Shown in pieces: positions 37,542-47,205 of a DNA stretch of 64,000 nucleotides. Origin of the DNA: an uncultured Candidatus Saccharibacteria bacterium (GTDB lineage: Bacteria > Patescibacteriota > Minisyncoccia > Phycocordibacterales > DATDWN01); assembly GCA_964586695.1 (NCBI GenBank), contig CAZPGQ010000003.1, forward strand, positions 888 to 64,887, read 5' to 3'. The notes beneath the pieces were generated by a model. That model had not been told where the DNA came from. It saw nothing but the letters and a program-made list of their open reading frames with translations, and made no database searches. Positions within the stretch are counted from its first letter, which is position 1. Every line of letters starts with the position of its first letter. Made by a program: the position numbers and the translations under genes.

Positions 37542-37901
37542 ATGACTATAGACACACAACAATTTAAGGATGCGCTATTAAAAGAACAAGAAGTTCTAGA
37601 AAAGGAACTGTCTTCAATGGGTCAGAAAAACCCAAATGACTCCACAGACTGGGATGCGAAAACAGAAGCTGACACAACAGATGACGCAGATGAAGGTGAT
37701 GTGGCAGATTCAATGCAGGAATTCGAAAACAAAAATAGCGAAGTAGACCAACTAGAAGTTCAGTTAAGGGAAGTAAAAGGAGCACTAGAAAAAATCGAAG
37801 GTGGGACTTACGGAAAGTGCGAAGTTTGTGGTGAAGACATAGAAGTAGACCGACTTTCAGCAAACCCTTCCGCAAAGACTTGCACTGTGCACATGAATTA
37901 A
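37542..37901 (+). CDS. DksA/TraR-like acidic zinc-finger protein (tentative)
   Basis: Acidic coiled-coil N-terminus and a C-terminal CEVCGEDIEVDRLSANPSAKTC, a C4/C3-type finger. Confidence 0.4.
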   Translation: MTIDTQQFKDALLKEQEVLEKELSSMGQKNPNDSTDWDAKTEADTTDDADEGDVADSMQEFENKNSEVDQLEVQLREVKGALEKIEGGTYGKCEVCGEDIEVDRLSANPSAKTCTVHMN

Positions 37902-37909
37902 ATTTCATT

Positions 37910-39469
37910 ATGGCTGTCTCAAAAATTTATTCAGCTCAAGCAACACTACTCTCTGCACAACAAATAGATATAGAAGTGGACCTTTCAAAAGGGCTCCACT
38001 CTTTTTCTATTGTTGGGTTAGCGGACAAGTCAGTTGATGAGTCAAAGGATAGAGTAGGAGCAGCAATAAAAAACTCTGGTTGGAAGTCGCCGAAAAACAA
38101 AAATCAAAAAGTTGTAGTTTCACTGGCACCTGCTGATATCAAAAAAGAAGGTCCTTTGTTCGATTTACCTATCGCATTGGCTTACCTTATATCCTCCGGA
38201 GACATAGATGCCGAGGTAGAACACAAGTTATTCATTGGGGAACTATCTCTGGACGGAAAATTGAGACCAATCAAAGGAGCTTTGCCTATAACACAGATGG
38301 CGAAGAAAAAAGGTTTCACCGAAATATTTTTACCTTTAGAAAATGCGGAGGAAGCGTCCAGCATAGATGGTATAAAAGTTTTTGGGGCAGAGTCATTACT
38401 CGATGTAGTAAAGCATATAAACACAAAAGAAAGTGAGGATGAGGATGCTCTACCAAAAGTAAAACTGAAAGAATATAAAAGTAAAAAGAAAAAGAAAACA
38501 AAAAGAGAGATAGAGGTGGATTTTTCCGATGTCAAAGGTCAAGAGTCAGCAAAAAGGGGATTGGAAATTGCAGCGGCAGGTGGACACAACATAATAATGT
38601 ATGGGCCACCAGGAACAGGGAAAACGATGCTGGCCAAAGCATTTTCTCATTTACTACCAGAACTTTCTTTTGATGAAATGCTAGAAGTTACTTCTATCTA
38701 CTCTATTGGAGGAATGCTTCAGGAAGGACTTATCGAGAACCCACCATTCAGATCACCGCACCACACGGCTTCATACGTTTCACTCGTCGGTGGTGGAACA
38801 AATTTAAAGCCTGGGGAAGTTACACTTGCTCACAAAGGAGTATTATTCCTAGATGAATTTCCAGAGTTTGATAGAAAAGTTCTAGAGACACTCCGACAGC
38901 CTTTGGAAGATAGGGAGGTGACAGTTTCTCGTGCAAAAGGTTCTGTAAAATACCCTGCACATTTTATACTGGTTGCCACCATGAACCCCTGTCCGTGTGG
39001 AAACTATGGAGTAAAAGGTAAAGACTGTGTTTGTTCTGCTGTGGCTATAGAAAGATACAAAAGGAAACTGTCTGGACCGATAGTAGATAGAATAGACTTG
39101 TGGGTGGAAGTTTCAAAAATAGAACACGGAAAACTTACAGACTCACGCGACCTGCACGAGAAAACAGAAAATATTATTCCGCGTGTAGAAAAAGCCAGAA
39201 AACTCCAAACAGATAGGTACAAAGATATAAAAATAAAAACTAATGCAGAGCTCTCCGCAAAGGACCTTATAACAAATATAAAACTGAGCGAGAAAGTTAA
39301 AGAACTACTGAATGCTTCGGCAAAACAACTGGACCTCTCTGCTCGTTCATATCACCGAATAATAAAGCTAGCCAGAACAATAGCAGACCTTGACGGGGTA
39401 GAGGATATCGGAGAAAACCACATACTCGAAGCATTACAGTACAGACCCAAGAAATATCAGACATTATAG
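37910..39469 (+). CDS. comM: YifB/ComM family Mg-chelatase-like AAA+ ATPase
   Basis: N-terminal Lon-like domain; Walker A GPPGTGKTML; the zinc-finger insert CPCGNYG; the C-terminal YifB domain. Confidence 0.8.
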   Translation: MAVSKIYSAQATLLSAQQIDIEVDLSKGLHSFSIVGLADKSVDESKDRVGAAIKNSGWKSPKNKNQKVVVSLAPADIKKEGPLFDLPIALAYLISSGDIDAEVEHKLFIGELSLDGKLRPIKGALPITQMAKKKGFTEIFLPLENAEEASSIDGIKVFGAESLLDVVKHINTKESEDEDALPKVKLKEYKSKKKKKTKREIEVDFSDVKGQESAKRGLEIAAAGGHNIIMYGPPGTGKTMLAKAFSHLLPELSFDEMLEVTSIYSIGGMLQEGLIENPPFRSPHHTASYVSLVGGGTNLKPGEVTLAHKGVLFLDEFPEFDRKVLETLRQPLEDREVTVSRAKGSVKYPAHFILVATMNPCPCGNYGVKGKDCVCSAVAIERYKRKLSGPIVDRIDLWVEVSKIEHGKLTDSRDLHEKTENIIPRVEKARKLQTDRYKDIKIKTNAELSAKDLITNIKLSEKVKELLNASAKQLDLSARSYHRIIKLARTIADLDGVEDIGENHILEALQYRPKKYQTL

Positions 39470-39471
39470 AT

Positions 39472-39503
39472 TCTAAAAAATCTCCTCGCTGGAGATTTTT
39501 TAG
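39472..39503. terminator. Bidirectional terminator (13-bp stem) between comM and the M23 peptidase gene
   Basis: ctaaaaaatctcctcgctggagattttttag. Confidence 0.55.
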
Positions 39504-40540
39504 AATGGGTTTCGAGCGCCTCTAATTTCAAAGTGTAGATGTATTCCAGTATGTCCAGTTACCTGACCAGAATTACCCATATATCCTATAACTTGACCCT
39601 GCTTAACGTCATCTCCAGCTGAAACTGCTGTACCACTTAGATGACCATACAATGTCTGAGTTCCATTTCCATGCTTAAGTACAATGTATGAACCGTATCC
39701 TCCATTCCAACCAGAACTCTTTGAAATTAGAACTTCTCCATCTGCTGAAGCATAAATCTTTGCTCCATAAGAAGATGCTAGATCAACTCCGTTGTGGCCA
39801 TGAACTCCTTGTGTTTTGATACCTCCAATAATAGGTCGCATATAGTATCCATTGTATGAAGGAACAGAACTATTAGATTTTGTAGTTTTTGAGCCATTAT
39901 TTGTGGCAGGAACTGAAACAGCCTCACCATCTGGCACAAAAATCACATCGCCAACTGCAATTTTAGAATTTTTTGCTAGGTTGTTATACTGCAGAACCTC
40001 ATCAAGATCTCCTTTATGTTGTTTTGCGATGCTTTGAAGTGTGTCTCCAGATTTAACAGTGTGTTGTATTCCAGAAATAGGCAAAATAACCAGAGTCTGA
40101 CCAACTGAAATTGAGTTTCCCTTTATATCATTTCCCCAGCGAATAGTATTTACAGAAACACCGAACATTTTAGCTATTGCTGGTAAAGTATCACCCTGAT
40201 GGACTACATAAAGACTAATTTGATCGTTATCTACAACTTTTGAGTCCGGTGAGACTTGAGTTTCTGTTGCAAGGGAATTACCGGCAACAATAACAGAAGA
40301 ATCCTTTGTGGTTGAAGCTTTTGGATCTGGAGTTATTACAGCCTGAAGTAGCGCCATGTTTTGAGAATTTGTCTCAATCTCCTCAGCCATAGCAGAATCC
40401 GCACAAAACAGCCTGAACACTGAACACGCAACATCACCCACACTTGCGTTTGTGTGAATTGGGGCTAAAAATAACGTCGAAATCAAAATTGAAGGGATAA
40501 CTGACGTTCGTATGTTCACCGAGGTGATGACTGATCCCAC
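39500..40540 (-). CDS. M23 family metallopeptidase with two LysM domains
   Basis: Two LysM repeats (GDTLPAIAKMFGVSVNTI, GDTLQSIAKQHKGDLDEV); M23 motifs HNGVDLAS and GNSGQVTGHTGIHLHFEIR. Confidence 0.8.
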   Translation of the reverse strand: MGSVITSVNIRTSVIPSILISTLFLAPIHTNASVGDVACSVFRLFCADSAMAEEIETNSQNMALLQAVITPDPKASTTKDSSVIVAGNSLATETQVSPDSKVVDNDQISLYVVHQGDTLPAIAKMFGVSVNTIRWGNDIKGNSISVGQTLVILPISGIQHTVKSGDTLQSIAKQHKGDLDEVLQYNNLAKNSKIAVGDVIFVPDGEAVSVPATNNGSKTTKSNSSVPSYNGYYMRPIIGGIKTQGVHGHNGVDLASSYGAKIYASADGEVLISKSSGWNGGYGSYIVLKHGNGTQTLYGHLSGTAVSAGDDVKQGQVIGYMGNSGQVTGHTGIHLHFEIRGARNPF

Positions 40541-40821
40541 TTTAATTAGTTTTCTCTTGAAAACAGCAAAAGTGATTTTAAGACCAGACCATGACTTTGG
40601 ATCCTGTAGTGGACCTAAAATAGGCTAAATTTAAACGTATATTCTGAATTTCAGAGTATAATATGGCTCTGTTAAGCCGTATTATTTACAACATTTTCCG
40701 TACCTAACCATTATATAGTCTAGGACCCTGGGGTCAATAGCAATTACACACAGGCTAATTTTTAAAAATAAGTCAAAGAATAAGTTTTTTTGATATTTAT
40801 TTGTATAATATCTAATACAAA

Positions 40822-41478
40822 ATGAAAAAAACCTTTAAAAACCCTTTTATATATTTACCTCTTTTTACTATTTTATCTTTTTTGAGCTCTACTCCAGCCT
40901 TCTGGTTAGTTAGAAATGGATCAATAGAAGGGAACAGTGTTTTATTTTTCTTTCTTGTGACTATTGGTGCATTTTTTACGATGCTAATATTACCCTCTTT
41001 TCTAATTAAATACATATGGGGTGAGAATACTTCTAGTTACGGACTTCGTATGCCGGAAAAAATAGAATATGCAGTAAAACTGACATTTTTAGCCTTTGTC
41101 CCTATTATTTCACTAATAATACTACTTTCAAGAACCGAAGCGTTTAGAAGTTTTTATATAACGGACCCCAAATTATCTTTTGTATTTTTTATAGAAATAA
41201 TCCTAAGTTTCATATATTTTTTTTCTGAGGAATTCCTTTTTAGGGGTTTTTTACTCTTTAGCTTATGGGAGAAACTGGGACAAAAAGGTTTTTGGGTAAT
41301 AAATATTATATTTTCATTACTTCATGTTGGAAAAGCATCTGGAGAAGTATTTATATCATTTTTTATTGGTATAGTGTTCAGTTACCTATCCATAAAAACT
41401 CAATCTATCTGGCCAGCAGTTATCTTACATTTCTGTATGGCAATATTACTAAACTTTCTTATTTTTTTCTCAAATTAA
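40822..41478 (+). CDS. CPBP (CAAX protease/Abi) family intramembrane metalloprotease
   Basis: EEFLFRGF motif, SLLHV, and a second His in a TM helix; 6-7 TM segments. Confidence 0.65.
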   Translation: MKKTFKNPFIYLPLFTILSFLSSTPAFWLVRNGSIEGNSVLFFFLVTIGAFFTMLILPSFLIKYIWGENTSSYGLRMPEKIEYAVKLTFLAFVPIISLIILLSRTEAFRSFYITDPKLSFVFFIEIILSFIYFFSEEFLFRGFLLFSLWEKLGQKGFWVINIIFSLLHVGKASGEVFISFFIGIVFSYLSIKTQSIWPAVILHFCMAILLNFLIFFSN

Positions 41479-41510
41479 GATAAGATTTTTAAAAATGCTA
41501 TAATCTCGCA

Positions 41511-43460
41511 ATGACTGTTAGTAAAAATTATCTAGATTCATTAAATACGGAACAAAAAAAGGCTGTTCTTGCCACAGATGGCCCAGTTCTCATTGTCGCA
41601 GGTGCAGGAGCCGGAAAGACAAAAACTCTTACACACAGAATACTACATTTAATAGCCAGTGGTGTTTCTCCAGATAGGATATTGGCTATTACGTTTACCA
41701 ACAAAGCAGCAAAAGAAATGAGGGAGAGAGTGATGGGGCTTTTAAGTAATGATCCGGAACTTTCACATCTACGAAGAAACCCTCCGTTCATAAGCACATT
41801 TCACTCGCTTGGAGTTCAACTAATAAAAGAGAATGCGGAGTTACTTAAACTACCTCGTCACTTTAGCATTTTTGATACTTCTGATACAAAAAAAATATTA
41901 AAAGACGCAATAACCAAAATTGGTCTTGATCCCAAAGAACATTTGGATAAAATCCGTCACATAATATCCGGAGAGAAGGGAAGAGGAGTCACAATGACAG
42001 AGTACCTTGAAAAGGGTAGTTATGATTTTAATTCTGAAATGACAAAGAAAGTTTGGGCAATCTATGAAGAATCCCTTCGAAAAGAGCACGCTTTGGACTT
42101 TGATGACCTGCTATTAAAAACTTTAAAACTATTAGAGAAAAATCCTGAAGTATTGAAACACTATCAAGAAAGGTTTCTGTACATTCATATTGATGAATAC
42201 CAAGACACAAACAGAGTTCAAAACGCTATAGTTGAAATGCTTGCAAGAAAGCACAGAAATCTTTGTGTGGTTGGAGATACAGACCAGAACATCTACAGTT
42301 GGAGAGGTGCAGAAATAAAAAACATGCTTCATTTTGAAAAAACATATCCTGACGTACAAACTTTTTTCCTTGAACAGAATTATAGATCAACAAAGAATAT
42401 TCTTGCGGTTGCCAATGAAATAATAGAGAAAAATAATTTTCGAATTCCTAAAAAACTTTTTACAGAAAATACAGTGGGGGAGAAAATTGGAATCTTTGAA
42501 GGCCGAAATGAAATAGACGAAGCTCATTTTATTGCACTAAAAGCAAAGGGGTTGATCGAAGAAGGAACAAAAGCAGAGAACATTGCTGTTCTTTATAGAG
42601 CCAACTTTCAGTCTCGAGTTTTGGAAGATGCATTTATAGCATATGGTGTTCCTTACCAGATGCTTGGAACAAAATTTTTTGAACGAAAGGAAATCAAAGA
42701 TATGATTAGTTTTATTAGAGCAAGTTTGAATACAGAAAATGTTAGTGACTTTGCCAGAATAATAAACATCCCAGCTAGAGGCATCGGAAAAACTACTCTC
42801 CAGAAAATAATTGATGGTAAAGAAAACGACTTACCGGAGTCAATGAAAATTAAAATAAATAATTTTAGGAGAATGCTTGTAGATTTTGAGAATGTTTTGA
42901 ATACAGAAAAACCGAGTGAAGCTTTAAAATATATTATTCAAAAATCTGGAGTTGAAGATTCATTGAAAACAGGATTAGAAGAGGATACAGACAGGTTAGA
43001 AAACATAATGGAACTTGTAACGCTAGCAAAAAAATATGACGAATATATTGGAGAAGAGGGAATAGAAAAATTCCTGACTGACACATCTCTAGCTTCCGAC
43101 CAAGACTCATTAGATGGTGAAAAAACAGGAGTAAGGTTGATGACTGTGCATGCCTCAAAGGGTCTAGAATTTGATTACGTTTTTATTTGCGGACTTGAGA
43201 ATGACTTGTTCCCACACAAAGGAATGGGTAACTCAAAAAAGAGTGGGGAGGATGCGGAAGAAGAAAGAAGGCTATTTTATGTTGCTGTTACAAGGGCAGG
43301 GAAGAAGCTGTTTTTAAGCTACGCCTCAACCCGTACTATATTTGGTACAATGGAGGTCAACTCCTCCTCAGAGTTTTTGGATGATATTCCAGATCAATAT
43401 ACAGAGAGGGAGGGTTTTGGTGGTAAGCCGAAATCTCCGTTATTCAGCATAGATTTTTAA
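41511..43460 (+). CDS. pcrA: ATP-dependent DNA helicase (UvrD/PcrA family)
   Basis: Walker A AGAGAGKTKTLTHRI; helicase motifs II (DEYQDTN) and onwards. Confidence 0.85.
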   Translation: MTVSKNYLDSLNTEQKKAVLATDGPVLIVAGAGAGKTKTLTHRILHLIASGVSPDRILAITFTNKAAKEMRERVMGLLSNDPELSHLRRNPPFISTFHSLGVQLIKENAELLKLPRHFSIFDTSDTKKILKDAITKIGLDPKEHLDKIRHIISGEKGRGVTMTEYLEKGSYDFNSEMTKKVWAIYEESLRKEHALDFDDLLLKTLKLLEKNPEVLKHYQERFLYIHIDEYQDTNRVQNAIVEMLARKHRNLCVVGDTDQNIYSWRGAEIKNMLHFEKTYPDVQTFFLEQNYRSTKNILAVANEIIEKNNFRIPKKLFTENTVGEKIGIFEGRNEIDEAHFIALKAKGLIEEGTKAENIAVLYRANFQSRVLEDAFIAYGVPYQMLGTKFFERKEIKDMISFIRASLNTENVSDFARIINIPARGIGKTTLQKIIDGKENDLPESMKIKINNFRRMLVDFENVLNTEKPSEALKYIIQKSGVEDSLKTGLEEDTDRLENIMELVTLAKKYDEYIGEEGIEKFLTDTSLASDQDSLDGEKTGVRLMTVHASKGLEFDYVFICGLENDLFPHKGMGNSKKSGEDAEEERRLFYVAVTRAGKKLFLSYASTRTIFGTMEVNSSSEFLDDIPDQYTEREGFGGKPKSPLFSIDF

Positions 43461-43463
43461 ATA

Positions 43464-44249
43464 ATGTTAAAAAAGAAATCACTAGGTCAAAACTTTTTGA
43501 ACTCTCCGAAAATCGTGAGCGATATTGTTGATGCTGGAGAGGTTAACTCTAGTGAAACAGTTCTAGAAATAGGACCAGGGGAGGGCGTGATGACAGAAAA
43601 ATTACTTGAAACTGGAGCTCATGTTATTTGTATTGAAAAAGATGATCGCTTAATACCAGAACTACACAAAAGATTTTTAAAAGAAATTTCTGGAAAACAG
43701 TTGGAACTAATTCACGCTGATGTTTTGGATACTGGTATAACACACATAATAAAAGTTAAGTACAAAGTAGTTGCAAACATACCATACTATATAACAGGTC
43801 AGATAATAAGAATGTTTCTAGAAAGTGACAACCAACCTGAAAGAATGACACTACTAGTTCAAAAAGAAGTTGCTGAAAGAGTTGTGGCAAGAGATGGAAA
43901 AGAAAGTTTACTTTCATTGTCTGTAAAAGTTTTTGGTAATCCAAGACTGGTTCGTGTTGTTGGTAGGGGAGCATTCACACCGCAACCAAACGTGGACTCT
44001 GCTGTGTTAAATATTGAAAACATATCCAAAGAAAGATTGGATGGTGTAGATGAAAAATTATTTTTCAAAATTATTCACGCTGGCTTTGCACACAAAAGAA
44101 AACAGCTTCTACCAAACCTAGCAAGTATTTACAAAAAAGAGGATTTGATTTCAGCTTTTGAAAAATGTGGAATAGATCTAAAAGCTAGGGCAGAAGATAT
44201 TGAATTAAATGGCTGGGTTAAACTTTGCAAAAGCTTTTACGGCAGTTAA
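43464..44249 (+). CDS. rsmA: 16S rRNA (adenine1518/1519-N6)-dimethyltransferase
   Basis: LGQNFL, VLEIGPGEG, NIPY motifs. Confidence 0.85.
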   Translation: MLKKKSLGQNFLNSPKIVSDIVDAGEVNSSETVLEIGPGEGVMTEKLLETGAHVICIEKDDRLIPELHKRFLKEISGKQLELIHADVLDTGITHIIKVKYKVVANIPYYITGQIIRMFLESDNQPERMTLLVQKEVAERVVARDGKESLLSLSVKVFGNPRLVRVVGRGAFTPQPNVDSAVLNIENISKERLDGVDEKLFFKIIHAGFAHKRKQLLPNLASIYKKEDLISAFEKCGIDLKARAEDIELNGWVKLCKSFYGS

Positions 44250-44273
44250 ACTTGTATGATACAATAATAAATA

Positions 44274-45104
44274 ATGTTGAGCTTAAAAATTCACAATAAA
44301 ACTTATGTTGTTCTTGTTATCTGTATAGCGTTTATTGTATCTGTCTGGCTGGTACAAAGGAGTATTCCAACGAAGAAATCGCCAGATAATATCCTAGAAA
44401 CATACTCCACAGAAAATACAACAGATGAATCTTGGAAAAGCACTCTATCAAGCATAAATTTTAGTGATCCAGACATATCCAGCACACTATCACCAGATGA
44501 TCCGAATACATTTGACGAAACATCACTGACAGGCCAGATGGCTCGAGATCTGTTTTCCAGATACTTACTAACAATAAAAGATAACCCTACTCAAGAAAAC
44601 CTTGACAAGATATCAGACTCGATATTATCTTCAGAAAATTATTCAAAAATATCTAGTGTTACATATAATCTAAACAATATAAATATTAGCCCATCAAACA
44701 CACCACCAAGCACAAAACAGTATGGGGATAGTTTGAACAAAATAATAGTGGGGGAAATGATGGCCACTCAAAAAGCAGATCCTCTCCCAACAATACTTAT
44801 AGAATCAATACAAAGCGAAAATAAGAAAAGGCTTGGTGACTTAGAAACATATGTTAAGGCTTTTAAAAATATAACGAATGGCCTATTGAATATGTCTGTA
44901 CCAAGTGATTTCTCTCAATTACATCTAGAACTCCTAAATTCTTCTAGTGCTGTTTACACTGATTTGAAAGCAATGTCAGAGTTTCTAGATGACCCAATAA
45001 AAGGTATTATCTCTGTAAAACAATACTCTGATGACCTTGTGCTTATGGAAACTATTCAGGAAAAAATAAATGTCTTATATAAACAAAAAATGGGGATAAA
45101 ATAG
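44274..45104 (+). CDS. Hypothetical membrane-anchored protein (first gene of the T4SS-like island)
   Basis: N-terminal TM YVVLVICIAFIVSVWLV; a Ser/Thr/Asn-rich extracellular region. Confidence 0.35.
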   Translation: MLSLKIHNKTYVVLVICIAFIVSVWLVQRSIPTKKSPDNILETYSTENTTDESWKSTLSSINFSDPDISSTLSPDDPNTFDETSLTGQMARDLFSRYLLTIKDNPTQENLDKISDSILSSENYSKISSVTYNLNNINISPSNTPPSTKQYGDSLNKIIVGEMMATQKADPLPTILIESIQSENKKRLGDLETYVKAFKNITNGLLNMSVPSDFSQLHLELLNSSSAVYTDLKAMSEFLDDPIKGIISVKQYSDDLVLMETIQEKINVLYKQKMGIK

Positions 45105-45183
45105 TTACTTTTCAACACAAAATGCTAGTGCGAGAAAAATAACTGGTATATAATAATAGATGTTGATTTAGGTCTAAATTCAA

Positions 45184-47187
45184 ATGAAAAAAATAAAAAA
45201 AATATTTGGATCTTTACTTTTTGTTTTTGTACTATCCACAACTTTGTTTGCAGTTCCACAAAGAAGTTATGCTTTCTGGGGTATCGCTGATATTAGTTTT
45301 GACCCATGGAACTTTGTTCAAAATAACGTAACTGCTGTATCAACAAGCATAACTGCTGGCTCAGGAACAGTAACCGCAGTAATGACAACGGGAAGTAAAA
45401 TAAAGGAATTTATACTAGACCCAGCTGCTAGAGTTGCCATGAGAACCATAATACAGAGGGTTACCGCTCAGACAGTAAACTGGGCGAATTCTGGTTTCAA
45501 AGGTAATCCAGCCTTTATAACAAACCCAAAACAATTTTTCTTAAATGTAGGTGACAATGTAGCCTCAAACTTCCTTTCGAGCTCTGGGGTAAACCAACTA
45601 TGTACACCATTTAGGTCAAAAGTTAGACTTGCTTTGGTTAAAAACTACATATCAGAAGAACAAAATTTCTCTTGTACACTGAGTATACTAAAGAACAACT
45701 ACACTCAATTTGCAAAAGATTTCACTGGTGGTTGGGATGCTTGGTTTGAAGTTACTCAAAATACTCAAAATAACCCTTACGGTGCGTACATGGCAGCAGA
45801 GGATGAGCTAAATGCCAAAATTGCTGAGGAAAAAAACAAATATCAACAACAGATAGACCAAGGTAGGGGATTCCTATCGTGGGAAAGATGTCCTGATAAC
45901 GCAGTTGTTACGGCAGCAAACCAAGCCCAACTCTCCACTGACTCTGGTAAGAAATTTGAAATTGGTGACTGTGCGGGACCACTAGAGGCAGCTACACCGG
46001 GTAGTGTTATAGAATCTCAATTACAAAAATCTCTTGGGGCTGGTATAGATCAATACATATCAGCTAAAAATTTTGATGAGGTTCTTGGTGCTGTTGTTGT
46101 CGGCTTATACAAAAGAGTCGTCGGTGGTGGTCCTGGCTTGTTAGACAAAACTCCTGGCGGACAAAATCTTCCTCCTCCACCAACTTCTGGAGCTCCAACT
46201 ATAGCCTTACAGGGTCAAAACCCTCTAAACGTTCTTACTGGTACGAGACTGAATGACCCTGGTGCTGTAGCTTATGATGCGAGTGGAGTAGATCTCAATG
46301 TTCTCGCAGTAAGCAACGTAGATACATCATATGCTGGAAGCTACAATATAACCTACTATGCCACAAGCACTAATGGGCTTCTAGTTTCATCAAAAACAAG
46401 AACTGTTATTGTTGGAATATTCAACAATAACCCAAACTCTTGTCTAACACAGACATACGCAACTTACGCCTCAACTTGGCCAGCACTTTTGGATCTATTA
46501 ACCATAAAACTAGGAAATATAGACGAGGGTCAAATAAAAAGAGCACTTACCACAATGATCTCTGTAACAAATGCAGAGAGAGTCTATCTGATTTCCCAAA
46601 AACAAAAGGATGTTATTGTTGACCTAGAAGATATACTAACAAAAATGGACGACTTGTATGAATACGCTGATAGAGCAGATGAAAACTCAATCAGAGATGT
46701 CCTGCAACTAGAAAGGGATAGGTCTGATTTAAAAGAAGCCCTGAAAAACTTAACTACAGTCTATTCTTGTCCTATTCCACCACCAACTTATGCACTTACT
46801 CCAATAGACACATCACCAACTGCAGGAGGTGGAGGAGGAAGTTGTATAGCTCCTTCAGACGCTTCGACCAGATGGCCAAATCATCAGGCAGAAGTTGATG
46901 CAGCAAAAGCACAGCTAGCAGCTAGTGGCATGACATGGCAAACTTCAGATCCAAACTTTGAGTGTAACAGATTTGAAATAACCAGATTGGCAGCAAAAAT
47001 GATTGGTGGAGCGGCAGGAATATACTCAAAACCTGTAGGAGCAAACTGTAACGGTTATGCGATAGATATAGTTGCATTTAACGATGGTTATCTATATGAC
47101 GTAACCGTTGGAGTAGACGGTGCACCAACACAATGGGGTGCGGCAACATGTAATCCACCAGATCCTAGTAGGTGGGTAGCACCGTAA
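45184..47187 (+). CDS. Large secreted protein with an Ig-like (DUF5011-type) domain
   Basis: Signal peptide; segment PTIALQGQNPLNVLTGTRLNDPGAVAYDASGVDLNVLAVSNVDTSYAGSYNITYYATSTNGLLVSSKTRTVIV is typical of Ig-like surface-protein domains. Confidence 0.4.
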   Translation: MKKIKKIFGSLLFVFVLSTTLFAVPQRSYAFWGIADISFDPWNFVQNNVTAVSTSITAGSGTVTAVMTTGSKIKEFILDPAARVAMRTIIQRVTAQTVNWANSGFKGNPAFITNPKQFFLNVGDNVASNFLSSSGVNQLCTPFRSKVRLALVKNYISEEQNFSCTLSILKNNYTQFAKDFTGGWDAWFEVTQNTQNNPYGAYMAAEDELNAKIAEEKNKYQQQIDQGRGFLSWERCPDNAVVTAANQAQLSTDSGKKFEIGDCAGPLEAATPGSVIESQLQKSLGAGIDQYISAKNFDEVLGAVVVGLYKRVVGGGPGLLDKTPGGQNLPPPPTSGAPTIALQGQNPLNVLTGTRLNDPGAVAYDASGVDLNVLAVSNVDTSYAGSYNITYYATSTNGLLVSSKTRTVIVGIFNNNPNSCLTQTYATYASTWPALLDLLTIKLGNIDEGQIKRALTTMISVTNAERVYLISQKQKDVIVDLEDILTKMDDLYEYADRADENSIRDVLQLERDRSDLKEALKNLTTVYSCPIPPPTYALTPIDTSPTAGGGGGSCIAPSDASTRWPNHQAEVDAAKAQLAASGMTWQTSDPNFECNRFEITRLAAKMIGGAAGIYSKPVGANCNGYAIDIVAFNDGYLYDVTVGVDGAPTQWGAATCNPPDPSRWVAP

Positions 47188-47205
47188 GAGTTGTTGGTCT
47201 AAAAA